NCBI GenBank assembly: GCA_014191855.1 | Contig: BJHF01000010.1 | Span: 1,121 to 65,120 of the forward strand | Length of the DNA stretch: 64,000 nucleotides | Direction of reading: 5' to 3' | Source: Deltaproteobacteria bacterium | GTDB taxonomy: Bacteria > Myxococcota_A > UBA796 > SXON01 | Program-made: the position numbers and the translations under genes | In this document: piece after piece, positions 9,901 to 18,717 of the stretch | Layout: each line of letters begins with the position of its first letter | Numbering within the stretch: position 1 is the stretch's first letter | Notes under the pieces: generated by a model | What the model was told of the DNA's origin: nothing | Seen by the model: only the letters and a program-made list of their open reading frames with translations | Database searches by the model: none

Positions 9901-10100
9901 CGACCAACAGCTACAGCTCGTCCACCGCCACCATCAACTACGCGTACGACACCGCCACCGGCACTTCCTCGTCGCCAGGGATTCGGATCCCCAACAACTA
10001 CGGCTACAACACCGAGCTCCAATACAACTCGAATAATGGGCGCATCTACGGTTGGGACAACTCCCACCGCGTCTACTACACGACCACGCTCGTGTACTGA
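6903..10100 (+). CDS. Lipoprotein: ~11-12 MopE-like Cys/Asp-rich repeats plus C-terminal olfactomedin (OLF) domain
   Basis: 1065 aa with lipobox LLFPLLGC. Tandem units follow D.DGDGYG..C..P.GYV...DCDD.D....PGA.E.CDG.DNDCDG..DE. For the C-terminal ~255 aa see the OLF feature. Confidence 0.9.
   Translation: [1065 protein letters not shown]
7014..9320 (+). repeat. Coding tandem array of MopE-like putative metal-binding repeats (~48-50 aa units)
   Basis: I counted 11 complete [DN]C[DEN]Gx[IVLT]D[DE] modules plus a partial one. The repeats are imperfect, in frame and without spacers. Confidence 0.85.
9330..10097 (+). other. Olfactomedin-like (OLF) domain-coding segment
   Basis: [68 protein letters not shown] and [14 protein letters not shown] match, block for block, the myocilin/olfactomedin OLF signature recalled from memory ([46 protein letters not shown], DYNP...LFAWDN). 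Confidence 0.8.
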
Positions 10101-10123
10101 GGCCAGAAGGGGTAGAGGAGGGG

Positions 10124-11044
10124 ATGCGGGCGGTGTCGTTCCTGCCGTTTCTGGGGCTCGCCGCCTGCGCCCCGGAGGCGGCCCCGGATGCTTGGGCGGC
10201 TTCGTCCTGTGATTCCTCGGCGCCCTACCTCGGTCGTGCGCGCTCCTCCAGCCGGCGGGATCTGCGCCTCGTGCTGCGCGATGGCGCGGAGCTTGCCCTC
10301 TCGACGCGCGCTCCGGACGGGATCGCCTGCGTCGGCGCGGTCGTGGAGGTTCCCCCCGGCTTCGACACCGGCACACCCTACCTCGACCGCGATCAAGCCC
10401 AGCTCCTCGCTCGGGCCGGACTGCTCGTCGTCACCTTCGATCCGCGCGGTCGCGGCGAAAGCGGCGGCGTCGACGACGAGAACGGTCCCACCGGGCAAGA
10501 CGACTTCGCGGAGGTGTTGCGCTGGACGAGCGCCCAGTCCGGCGTTGACGCGGACTCCATCGTCATCTGGTCCCGCTCCTTCGGAGGCGCGCTCGCCGGC
10601 GGGGCGATCGGCACCTTTGAGGATCTCCAGCCGCGTGCCTGGATTGACTACGAGAGCCCGGCCATGTTGGCGATCGATCTTCCGTACGCGGATGCCTTCA
10701 CCTCGGAGCGGATGTTCGCGTTGGCGGAGGCCTCGGGGGATGCGGAGGCCTGGCTCCTCGAACGCTCTCCCGCCGCGCACATCTCGTCGATGACCGCGCC
10801 CTACCATCGCCTCCAAGGGGCCTCAGACCATGCGCTCGATACGCTCGACGCCGCCGCCGAAATGCTCAATGCGGCCGCGAGCAGCGAGCACCGCCTCCTC
10901 AACGGAAAGGTCGTCACCACGCCGCTCACCGAGGACGACATCCACGACCACGCCTACGGCGGCCGCTTCGATCCCGATGGCGACATCGCGACGCGGGCGG
11001 TCATCGAGGCGTCGGGCTTTTCGCCCGGGGCGTCGGTGCGGTAG
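10124..11044 (+). CDS. Alpha/beta hydrolase lipoprotein
   Basis: Track ORF trimmed to the ATG at 10124, which is preceded by GAGGAGGGG. Lipobox FLGLAAC. The nucleophile-elbow-like segment is IVIWSRSFGGALAGG, with Asp/His candidates downstream. Confidence 0.7.
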   Translation: MRAVSFLPFLGLAACAPEAAPDAWAASSCDSSAPYLGRARSSSRRDLRLVLRDGAELALSTRAPDGIACVGAVVEVPPGFDTGTPYLDRDQAQLLARAGLLVVTFDPRGRGESGGVDDENGPTGQDDFAEVLRWTSAQSGVDADSIVIWSRSFGGALAGGAIGTFEDLQPRAWIDYESPAMLAIDLPYADAFTSERMFALAEASGDAEAWLLERSPAAHISSMTAPYHRLQGASDHALDTLDAAAEMLNAAASSEHRLLNGKVVTTPLTEDDIHDHAYGGRFDPDGDIATRAVIEASGFSPGASVR

Positions 11045-11096
11045 CGACGATCGGGTGCTACACTCGCGCCTGGCACGGCGACTCAGCGGAGGCGCG

Positions 11097-12473
11097 ATGT
11101 TCGTATTTTTCCTGACCCTGTTGCCACCCGCCGAGGCGTTCTGCGGCACCTACGTCGGCACCGACGGCTCGCCTGTCCACAACCGCGCGAGCCAGGTCGT
11201 GGTCGCCACCGACGGCAGCCAGACGGTGCTCACGCTGGCGAACGACTACGACGGCGATGCGGCGGCCTTCGGGCTGATCATCCCCGTTCCAAGCACCGTT
11301 CGGGTGGAAGACGTCACGGTCACCACCCGGGATGCGCTCGATACGCTCGACCTCTACAGCGCCCCCCGCATGGTGGCCTACACGTGCGAGGACGTGGTGT
11401 GGGTGCCGGGAGAGACGGGCGGCTGGGAGGATCTCGGCCCCGGGGGGAGCAGCTCCGGGTGCGGCGGATCCAGCTCCTCCCCCGAGTTCTCGCAGCAGTC
11501 CGACTCGGGAACGGAGGGGTACGAAACCGGCGGCGGGCTCGGGACCGGCCGCTTCGCGCGGGGTGCGAGCAGCGAACACTTCACAGCCGGCGAGTACGAG
11601 CTGGATCTGGTGGACGCCGCCGGCCCGCGAGGGCTCCAGGTTTGGCTTGACGCGAGCGGCTTTGTGCTCCCCGAAGGCGCGGAAGCCGTGCTTGCCGAGG
11701 CGGTGACCGCCGGCGCGAGCTTCCTCGTGGCCCGGGTGGTGCCGGAGGCCGTTTCCGAGGAGCGCACGTGGCTTTCGCCCATCCAGATCCGCTATGACGG
11801 CACCGAGATGGTGCTGCCGATTCGCCTGGGCGCCACGGCGTCGGAGGGCGAGCAGGACATCCTGGTGTATGGCATCGGTCCGTCAGAAACCGGGGCGCTC
11901 GCAATCGCGAATTACCCGTCATTCACCGTGGATACCCACTGCCTCATCGGGGATGATCTGTCGGGCGGCTACGAGGCGCTGTTCACGGAGGCCTACGCGG
12001 CCGCAGCGCGAGAGGGGAGGGCCGGCTGGGCGCTGGAGTTCCTCTCGGAGCAGGGTGTCTGCGATCCGCTTCCGCCCGATGGTCCTATCGAAAGCAGCGT
12101 TCTCGCCGCGCTGGGGTTCGCGGGCGGCATCGAGAACGCCACGCTGTCGCGCCTCCACGTTCGCGGGAGCGCCGGCGAGATCGACCAGGACCTTGTACTC
12201 TACGCGAGTGGCCTGAACAGCTACTGGCAGCAGGACTACATCCAGTCGGCCGATCACATGGACGCCTACTTCCGCGAGTGTGGCGCGAACACGATCGTGG
12301 GGGAGGAGTCCTGCCCCGAGCCCGACTACGACCCGCCGAGCGCGGACGTCGAGGACAACGCCGATCTCGGGCAGGACGACGACGCCTCCTCCTCCAGCAG
12401 CCTCTGCGCGTCGGGGATGATCGTGCCGCTCCTGCTGTTCTCGGCCGCCGCGCTCCGTCGCCGGCGGGCATAG
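11097..12473 (+). CDS. DUF2330-family secreted protein with MYXO-CTERM-like tail
   Basis: Trimmed to the ATG at 11097. N-terminus AFCGTYVG...NRASQVVVATDGSQTVLTLANDYDGDAAAFGLIIPVP matches the DUF2330 pattern as I recall it. The C-terminus SSSSLCASGMIVPLLLFSAAALRRRRA is Cys + hydrophobic + Arg cluster. Confidence 0.75.
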   Translation: MFVFFLTLLPPAEAFCGTYVGTDGSPVHNRASQVVVATDGSQTVLTLANDYDGDAAAFGLIIPVPSTVRVEDVTVTTRDALDTLDLYSAPRMVAYTCEDVVWVPGETGGWEDLGPGGSSSGCGGSSSSPEFSQQSDSGTEGYETGGGLGTGRFARGASSEHFTAGEYELDLVDAAGPRGLQVWLDASGFVLPEGAEAVLAEAVTAGASFLVARVVPEAVSEERTWLSPIQIRYDGTEMVLPIRLGATASEGEQDILVYGIGPSETGALAIANYPSFTVDTHCLIGDDLSGGYEALFTEAYAAAAREGRAGWALEFLSEQGVCDPLPPDGPIESSVLAALGFAGGIENATLSRLHVRGSAGEIDQDLVLYASGLNSYWQQDYIQSADHMDAYFRECGANTIVGEESCPEPDYDPPSADVEDNADLGQDDDASSSSSLCASGMIVPLLLFSAAALRRRRA

Positions 12474-12491
12474 ACCCGGGATCCCGCCGAC

Positions 12492-14531
12492 CTACAGCCC
12501 AGCCGCCACCTGCGCGCCCTGGGCGATTGCCCGCTTCGCATCCAGCTCCGCGGCTTCCTCAGCTCCCCCGATCACGTGCACGACCAGCCCCGCCTCCCGG
12601 AGCGGCGCCGCCAGTTCCGAGCGCGACACCTGCCCGGCGCACACGACGACCGTGTCAACCGCCAGCACCCGGGGTTGTCCGCCGATCGTGACGTGCAGCC
12701 CGGCGTCGTCCACCCGGTCGTAGGTCACCTCGGTGAGCAGGGTCACGCCGCGTTTTCGCAGCGAAGCGCGGTGGATCCAGCCCGTCGTCTTGCCCAGGCG
12801 CCCGCCCCCCTTCGCCGACGAGCGCTGGAGCATCGTGATCTCCCGATGAACTGCCGGTTTCGTCGGTGTCCTGAGCCCTCCCCGCGTCGATTCGGTCACT
12901 CCCCACCCGTCGTAATCCACCCCCCACTCGGCAAGGAAGGAGGCGAGCCGCTCGGCCTCGGTTCCATGATCGGCCGGCTCGGCCAGGAATTCGGCCACGT
13001 CGTGCCCGATCCCGCCCGTTCCGATGATTGCCACCCTGTTTCCGACGGGCGCCCCCAGCAAAACCTCCGCGTAGGACTTCACCTTTGCGTGGTCGTGGCC
13101 CGGAATGGTGATCCCCCGCGGCCCGACCCCTGTCGCGAGCACAACCACGTCGAAGGCGCCCTTCAGGTCGCCCACCCCAACCTTCTTCCCCAGCGCCAGG
13201 GTCACACCGGTCGCGCTGATACGTCGCTCGAAGTATCGCACCGTTTCGTTGAACTCCTCCTTGCCGGGGATGCGGCGGGCGAGGTCGAACTGGCCGCCGA
13301 TGGCGGATCCCGCCTCGAACAGCGTCACCTGGTGGCCTCGCTCGGCGGCGACGGTCGCGGCCGACAATCCCGCGGGTCCCGCCCCGATCACCGCCACCCG
13401 CCGGGGCGTTGATACACGGTGATACATCAGCTCTGTCTCATAGCCGGCGCGTGGATTCACCAGGCAGCTTGCCCGCTTGTTCTGGAACACATGATCCAGG
13501 CAAGCCTGGTTGCAGGCGATACATGTATTGATATCAAGGGCGCGTCCGGTGGCGGCCTTGTTCACGAACTCGGGATCGGCGAGGAACGGGCGGGCGAGGC
13601 TCACCATGTCCGCGGCGCCGCTCGCCAGCACCGCCTCGGCCACCTCCGGCGTGTTGATGCGGTTGCTCGTCACGATGGGGATCGAGACCACCCCGGCGTC
13701 GCGAAGGCGCTTTGTCACCCACGTGAACGCTGCCCGGGGCACCATCGTCGCGATCGTCGGCACTCGCGCTTCGTGCCAGCCGATGCCGGTGTTGAGGATC
13801 GAGGCGCCCGCCGCTTCGATCGCCGTGGCGAGCTGCAGCACCTCCGCCCACGTGCTTCCGTCGGCCACGAGGTCGAGCATGGAGAGCCGGTAGATGATCA
13901 CGAAGTCGGGCCCCACCGCCTCGCGAATCCCGCGGACGATCTCCACTGGGAAGCGGATGCGCGCCGCATAGTCCCCGCCCCACTCATCGGTGCGCCGGTT
14001 GGTGTGGCTCACGATGAACTGGTTGATGAGGTAGCCCTCGCTCCCCATTACCTCCACGCCATCATACCCGGCGTCTCGCGCGAGTTTTGCGCACTGGATG
14101 AAGTCGTGGATCGTCGAGCGAACGCCGCGCCCGGTGAGGCCCCAGGGCGCGAAGGGGCTGATCGGCGACTTCAGCCGGGTGGGAGCCACGTTCCACGGAT
14201 GGTAGGCGTAGCGGCCGGCGTGCAGGATCTGCATACAGATCCGCCCCCCTTCGGCGTGCACCGCGTCGGTGACATGCTTGTGGCGCCGCGCCTCGCGAGC
14301 CGTGCTCAACGTGGCCGCGAAGGGCTTCACCTGGCCGGCCCGGTTGGGCGCCACGCCTCCGGTCACCATCAGTCCGACTCCGCCGCGGGCACGCTCGGCG
14401 AAGTAGGCGGAGAGCTTCGGGAAATCGCCTCCTTCTTCCTCCAGACCCACGTGCATCGATCCCATGAGCACGCGGTTCTTCAGGGTGAGGTGGGCGACAG
14501 TCAGCGGCGCGAGCAGGTGCGGGTACGGCAT
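12492..14531 (-). CDS. fadH: NADPH-dependent 2,4-dienoyl-CoA reductase
   Basis: 679 aa from the ATG at 14531. The old-yellow-enzyme-like N-terminus is LKNRVLMGSMHVGLEE..GVGLMVTGG. The Cys cluster is CIACNQACLD. Two Rossmann motifs are VAVIGAGPAGL and VAIIGTGGIGHD. Length and order match FadH. Confidence 0.9.
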   Translation of the reverse strand: MPYPHLLAPLTVAHLTLKNRVLMGSMHVGLEEEGGDFPKLSAYFAERARGGVGLMVTGGVAPNRAGQVKPFAATLSTAREARRHKHVTDAVHAEGGRICMQILHAGRYAYHPWNVAPTRLKSPISPFAPWGLTGRGVRSTIHDFIQCAKLARDAGYDGVEVMGSEGYLINQFIVSHTNRRTDEWGGDYAARIRFPVEIVRGIREAVGPDFVIIYRLSMLDLVADGSTWAEVLQLATAIEAAGASILNTGIGWHEARVPTIATMVPRAAFTWVTKRLRDAGVVSIPIVTSNRINTPEVAEAVLASGAADMVSLARPFLADPEFVNKAATGRALDINTCIACNQACLDHVFQNKRASCLVNPRAGYETELMYHRVSTPRRVAVIGAGPAGLSAATVAAERGHQVTLFEAGSAIGGQFDLARRIPGKEEFNETVRYFERRISATGVTLALGKKVGVGDLKGAFDVVVLATGVGPRGITIPGHDHAKVKSYAEVLLGAPVGNRVAIIGTGGIGHDVAEFLAEPADHGTEAERLASFLAEWGVDYDGWGVTESTRGGLRTPTKPAVHREITMLQRSSAKGGGRLGKTTGWIHRASLRKRGVTLLTEVTYDRVDDAGLHVTIGGQPRVLAVDTVVVCAGQVSRSELAAPLREAGLVVHVIGGAEEAAELDAKRAIAQGAQVAAGL

Positions 14532-14643
14532 GGCGACGCGGCGTATCATCGGGGAGCGGGGCGATGCGGCGGCCAAACCGCGAGGTCAGGCGCGGCAAGG
14601 TCGCATCGCGGTTCCCCGCCGGAGCGGGCTATCCTTCGCCGCG

Positions 14644-15927
14644 ATGGTGCTCCTCTTGCTGGTCGCCTGCATCGACTACCTCTTCGAGGAGGAGCCGCGC
14701 GTGTGGTCGGGGGATCTCGTGGCCACGCTGTCGCCCATCGAGGCTGGGGTCTGCCCCGACACCGTCGCCACCGTCACGCTTGAGAACGTCGGTCGCGGCG
14801 ATCTCCACATCACGACGCTCGGCGTTGAAGGCGCGGACTGGATGTTGGAGGCCGTTGATCTCCCGCTTGTCCTCGCGCCCGGGGCCGAGGACCCCATCCA
14901 CCTCACAGGCAGCGGCGGCGAGTCCACGCTGGTGATTCGCAGCGACGATCCCGAGCAGCCGGAGGTGCAAATCCCCGTTGGGGCTGCGGGGAACGTCACC
15001 CCCGTCACGCTCATCGTGTCGCCCTATGAGGAGCAGTCCGTGCCCGTCGGCGCGGACCTCGCCCTCAACGCGTTTGTGTCCGACGCCGACGACGCCGTCT
15101 CCGACCTCACCCTGGAGTGGGTTTCCAGCCTCACGGGCAGCCTCGGCGCCGCCACCGCCGACGAGAACGGCCGCGTCGAGGGGCTCTGGCTGGCCGCGGA
15201 CCGCGAGTCCGGCCCCCAGTTGATCACGCTCCAGGCGCGCGATGCGTGCGGCGGAATCGGCGACGGCGTGCAGTTCTTCTGCCAGGACGGCCCCTTTGTC
15301 GTCCATCCGATCACCGAGGAGGCCTGGCACTACGAGGGAGCCGCCTCCATCAGCGGCGATGTCCTCACCCTCACCGAGGCCACCCCTGACCGTGTAGGCG
15401 CGGCGTTCGACCTCATTTCCATCTTCGACGGCGACCGCATCGACGTGTCGTTCTCCTTCCAGATCGGCGAGGGCACCGGCGGCGAGGGGCTCTCGGTCAC
15501 GCTCCTCGACGCGAACGAGCGCGACGGCTTCGTCGGTGGCGGCGGCTGCGGCCTCGGCTTTGGCGGCGGCGCCGACTGCACGTCCGGCCCCGCGCTCCCC
15601 GGCTGGTCGCTCGCCATCGACACCCACACCGACCCCGGCGACTGCGTCGCCGGGCCCCATCTCGCCTTCACGCTCGACGGCGATCTGCGCGCGTTCGCGC
15701 CTTGTGCCGCGATCCCCGCGGTAGACGACGGCGAGTGGCACGACCTGAAGCTCTCGGTCGCCGACGGCGCGTTGTCCGTGAGCTTGGATGGGGTCTCGGT
15801 GCTGGCCGAGCCCGTCGCCGGCCTGGTGGACTTCGCCGGATACCTTGGCTTCACCGCCAGCACCTCGTCGGCCACGAACGCCCATCGGGTTCGCGACGTC
15901 GAGATCATTGACTACACCTGCGAGTAG
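14644..15927 (+). CDS. Lipoprotein with Ig-like domains and C-terminal L-type (legume-like) lectin/ConA-like domain
   Basis: Trimmed to the ATG at 14644. Lipobox LLLLVAC. The C-terminal ~200 aa (DRVGAAF...DVSFSFQIGEGTGGEGLSVTLLD...GWSLAIDTH...GYLGFTASTSSATNAHRVRDVEI) has the bacterial lectin/LamG-like pattern. Confidence 0.65.
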   Translation: MVLLLLVACIDYLFEEEPRVWSGDLVATLSPIEAGVCPDTVATVTLENVGRGDLHITTLGVEGADWMLEAVDLPLVLAPGAEDPIHLTGSGGESTLVIRSDDPEQPEVQIPVGAAGNVTPVTLIVSPYEEQSVPVGADLALNAFVSDADDAVSDLTLEWVSSLTGSLGAATADENGRVEGLWLAADRESGPQLITLQARDACGGIGDGVQFFCQDGPFVVHPITEEAWHYEGAASISGDVLTLTEATPDRVGAAFDLISIFDGDRIDVSFSFQIGEGTGGEGLSVTLLDANERDGFVGGGGCGLGFGGGADCTSGPALPGWSLAIDTHTDPGDCVAGPHLAFTLDGDLRAFAPCAAIPAVDDGEWHDLKLSVADGALSVSLDGVSVLAEPVAGLVDFAGYLGFTASTSSATNAHRVRDVEIIDYTCE

Positions 15928-15930
15928 CCG

Positions 15931-16890
15931 CTATGGCGCTTCGCCTCTCGTAGTATGCGGCACCTCCGGCATCGGAACAGGCGTTTGCAGCACGAACGCG
16001 ATGCGGCGCCCATCGTGACTCACGGCGATGCGTTTGATGTCGCCTCTCAATTCGGGGAACGCCGCGAGCTGCACCCACGCGCCGCCGGAGGCCCCGTCCC
16101 AACGCAAGAGGCGCGTGCCGACCGCCATGAGCAGGGAGCCGTCCGGCAGCCAACAGAAGTCCTCGCTTGGATCGACCGCGCTGTCCCGGTCGGGTAGCGG
16201 CGGCGTCGCGATGAGCTCCGTCGCGGTTTCGCCGGCCGCGATCGCGGAGACCGTCCACCGGTCCGCTACGTGCTTGTCCACGAAGCTCACCCGCTTCCCA
16301 TCAGGGGTATGGCCCAGCGAACGCCCGACATCTGGAGCCAGCGGCGTCTGAACCCCGGTTGCGACGTCCACCATCACCAGCGCGTGCGGCGGGCTCGCGG
16401 TGGGGCCGACGATCACCAAAGCCACGTGGCGCTCGTCGAGCCAAGTGTGGTAGCCGACACGCCGAATCGCGGGGAACAACGGGATCTTGTCGGCGCCATC
16501 GTAGCGCCACAGGCCCTGCGACTCGGTGTAGGCTTCGGTATCCCCCGTTGGAGCACCGACCCGGACGACGGAAAAACCGCTCGCGAGCGGCGTGGGGGAG
16601 AACTCGGCCTCTGGGGTGGCAGTGACTTGGGTCGTTACACCGGTGGCGAAGTCGAAGCGGAATACGTCTGTCGGACCGGCGCCCTCGGCGGCCACAAATA
16701 ACAGCGCCGAGTCATCAAGGAGGAATGCCGGTTGGTTGTCGTATCCCCGGCGCGGGGTCACGTTGTGTGGCTTGCCCACGCGCCTAGACTTCGGATCCAG
16801 GTCCACGACGTAGATGTCTGTCTCCGGCGGTGGCTCGTCCGCGACAGCGCGTGGCAGGAGGCTCAACAGGGCAGCGGCGAGGGTCGACAT
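15931..16890 (-). CDS. Secreted TolB-like/PD40 beta-propeller protein
   Basis: 319 aa with signal-like N-terminus MSTLAAALLSLLPRAVA. Repeated strand motifs carry YDNQPAF, FSPTP and PDGKRVSF signatures. Confidence 0.65.
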   Translation of the reverse strand: MSTLAAALLSLLPRAVADEPPPETDIYVVDLDPKSRRVGKPHNVTPRRGYDNQPAFLLDDSALLFVAAEGAGPTDVFRFDFATGVTTQVTATPEAEFSPTPLASGFSVVRVGAPTGDTEAYTESQGLWRYDGADKIPLFPAIRRVGYHTWLDERHVALVIVGPTASPPHALVMVDVATGVQTPLAPDVGRSLGHTPDGKRVSFVDKHVADRWTVSAIAAGETATELIATPPLPDRDSAVDPSEDFCWLPDGSLLMAVGTRLLRWDGASGGAWVQLAAFPELRGDIKRIAVSHDGRRIAFVLQTPVPMPEVPHTTRGEAP

Positions 16891-16905
16891 GGGGTGGGCT
16901 CGGCT

Positions 16906-17505
16906 TCAGTCGCAATTGTTGCAGGGCACCTGCAGATCGAACGTCGCCGAAACATCGCCGACCTCCCAGATGCCCGACAGGGAGCCGGCGAGGGAGAGCG
17001 TTTGGAGGTCCACGTACTCGGCCTCGCTCAACGTCAATTTCCACGCGCTCGGCGTGGGCTCGTACCAGGAGAGCGTACCGCCCGTCGCATCCGTGAACAC
17101 AAAGCCCATCCCGTCCGCCGAAGCGCTCCACTCCCCCGGGTGCGGGTTCATGAAGCTCACGGTCAGCGTCAAGGCGTCAACGCAGCCGAAGCTCCCGGCG
17201 ATGTTCCCCAGGGAGTTGCTCCAGTACCGGGGAAAGCGGGTGTCGGGGTCCGACGCGGAGCAGGCATACGCGAAGGGCACGCCATTCACCTGACCGGAAA
17301 CCTCCAGTGAGCCGGGGAGGGGAGGGGAGCCGGTGTCGGAGGTGTCGGCTGTGTCGGCCGATGTATCGCCCGATGTATCGCCGGATGTATCAGCGGCGGA
17401 GTCGGCGCCGGTGTCCCGAGCCGTATCCACAGATGTGTCGCGGGATGTGTCACCCGCTTCCGGCTGCGCGCCGGTGCACGCAAGGCCAGCGATCAGCGGG
17501 ATCAT
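16906..17505 (-). CDS. Lipoprotein with Asp-Thr-Ser repeat linker
   Basis: 199 aa. Lipobox IAGLAC, followed by DTSRDTSVDTARDTGADSAADTSGDTSGDTSADTADTSDTG and then a Cys-containing globular domain. The ATG overlaps the upstream stop (ATGA). Confidence 0.75.
   Translation of the reverse strand: MIPLIAGLACTGAQPEAGDTSRDTSVDTARDTGADSAADTSGDTSGDTSADTADTSDTGSPPLPGSLEVSGQVNGVPFAYACSASDPDTRFPRYWSNSLGNIAGSFGCVDALTLTVSFMNPHPGEWSASADGMGFVFTDATGGTLSWYEPTPSAWKLTLSEAEYVDLQTLSLAGSLSGIWEVGDVSATFDLQVPCNNCD
17325..17455 (-). repeat. Coding microsatellite-like D-T-S/G repeat (GGCGATACATCG units)
   Basis: The coding strand reads GAT ACA TCC GGC GAT ACA TCG GGC GAT ACA TCG GCC GAC ACA... The GATACATC core also occurs at 60111-60180 in another gene. 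Confidence 0.7.
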
Positions 17506-18218
17506 GGGTTCTTCTTCCCGGTACGCAGCTTATTTCTAACTTCGCGCTTCACCCGCCCGGCGAGCGCGGCGTCGTGCTCGGTAAGGAACTCCGCCACGGC
17601 TTCGGCGTCGTGCTCGATGCACGCCCGCACCGCCCACGACAGCCCCTTCTGAACCATGTCGTCGCGCTCCGACACGTGCCGGGCGCACACCGCGAGCGTG
17701 CGCGGCACGTCCCCGCGCCCGCCACGCGCCTTGATGTTCAGCGCGATGGTGCTCACGATTGCGGTGCGTCGCAACCAGCGATCGGGCGAAGCCGACCAGG
17801 CGGCGATGTCCGCGTCCGTGAGCACCCCCTCACGCCACGCTGGGCCCGCCAGGTACGTTCCATACGTATCGACGGAGCACCAGTTGTCGTTGCCGGCCGC
17901 GAGCGCCAGCACCGCTTCTCGGCTCAGGCTTCGCCGCAATCGAGGCACGCTCTCCAGCAGTTGATACGCCGCTTGCCTCGCCTCGAAGATGCCATTCGAC
18001 CACAACGCGAACACGACATCCGCGTCGGGCGCGGCACGCTGCGCGCGGACCAGCGGCTGCAGGCAGGCGCGGAGCCGCGGCGTCGTGACGCCGAGGTGGC
18101 GCATCGCCGTCGGAAAGTAGCCGAGGGCGTGCTCGGCGCGAGCTGGGTCCCCGGAAGCGGCGAGGCCGTCGAAGAACGCTTGGATCAAGCCAGGATCCCG
18201 TCGATCGGCGGCGAGCAC
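17502..18218 (-). CDS. DNA alkylation repair protein (AlkD-like HEAT-repeat family)
   Basis: 238 aa with a GTG start. LGVTTPRLRA, NDNWCSVDTYG, SPDRWLRRTAIVST and QKGLSWAVR fit the DNA_alkylation (AlkD/AlkC-like) family pattern. Confidence 0.7.
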   Translation of the reverse strand: MLAADRRDPGLIQAFFDGLAASGDPARAEHALGYFPTAMRHLGVTTPRLRACLQPLVRAQRAAPDADVVFALWSNGIFEARQAAYQLLESVPRLRRSLSREAVLALAAGNDNWCSVDTYGTYLAGPAWREGVLTDADIAAWSASPDRWLRRTAIVSTIALNIKARGGRGDVPRTLAVCARHVSERDDMVQKGLSWAVRACIEHDAEAVAEFLTEHDAALAGRVKREVRNKLRTGKKNP

Positions 18219-18261
18219 CTGGTGATGGGTGAGGGACAGCGGGGCCTCGGCGGCGGGCGGT

Positions 18262-18717
18262 TCAGGGACGGGGAGAGTCTAAGGCATCCTGCCGCGATGT
18301 GCGCCCCCACCACCAGGCCAGGCCGACGGCGGGGAGCGCGACGAGGTCCGTCGCGTCCATCTCCAGGCGCGTCTTGGCCGGCTCGGTGGCGCCGAGGAGC
18401 GCTCGAAAGGGGAATTGCAGCCAACCGAGGCCCACTTCGTAGGCGGTGTGGCAGGCTGGCACCGTTTTCACGGCGGCGAACGCGGCCGCGGTGAGCACGC
18501 AGGCGATCGACAGCGCACGGCGGTAGTCGCGACCGATGACAAGCATCCAGAAGCCGTGGAGCACCAACGGAAAGAAGGCGAGCCCCGCGAAGTCGGACAG
18601 CTTGCCAGTGATGATCCCTGGATAGACATCCTTCAACCAGTGATCATTGAGGATCAGGAGCCCGATCGCGATCAACGCGCCGGGGTGGAGCAGGCCGCGC
18701 GGGGGGGCGGCCGTCAA
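18262..18717 (-). CDS. Small integral membrane protein, uncharacterized
   Basis: 151 aa with about four hydrophobic helices and the motif LNDHWLKDVYPGIITGKLSDFAGL. The track start is a TTG overlapping the downstream-neighbour stop. Confidence 0.6.
   Translation of the reverse strand: MTAAPPRGLLHPGALIAIGLLILNDHWLKDVYPGIITGKLSDFAGLAFFPLVLHGFWMLVIGRDYRRALSIACVLTAAAFAAVKTVPACHTAYEVGLGWLQFPFRALLGATEPAKTRLEMDATDLVALPAVGLAWWWGRTSRQDALDSPRP

Noticed and set aside
8232-10376. 714-aa minus-strand ORF opposite the MopE/OLF gene.
   Set aside because: It is an antisense shadow. Its Val/Ala/Gly/Arg-rich low-complexity product mirrors the Asp/Cys repeat codons, whereas the plus-strand frame has clear domain signatures.
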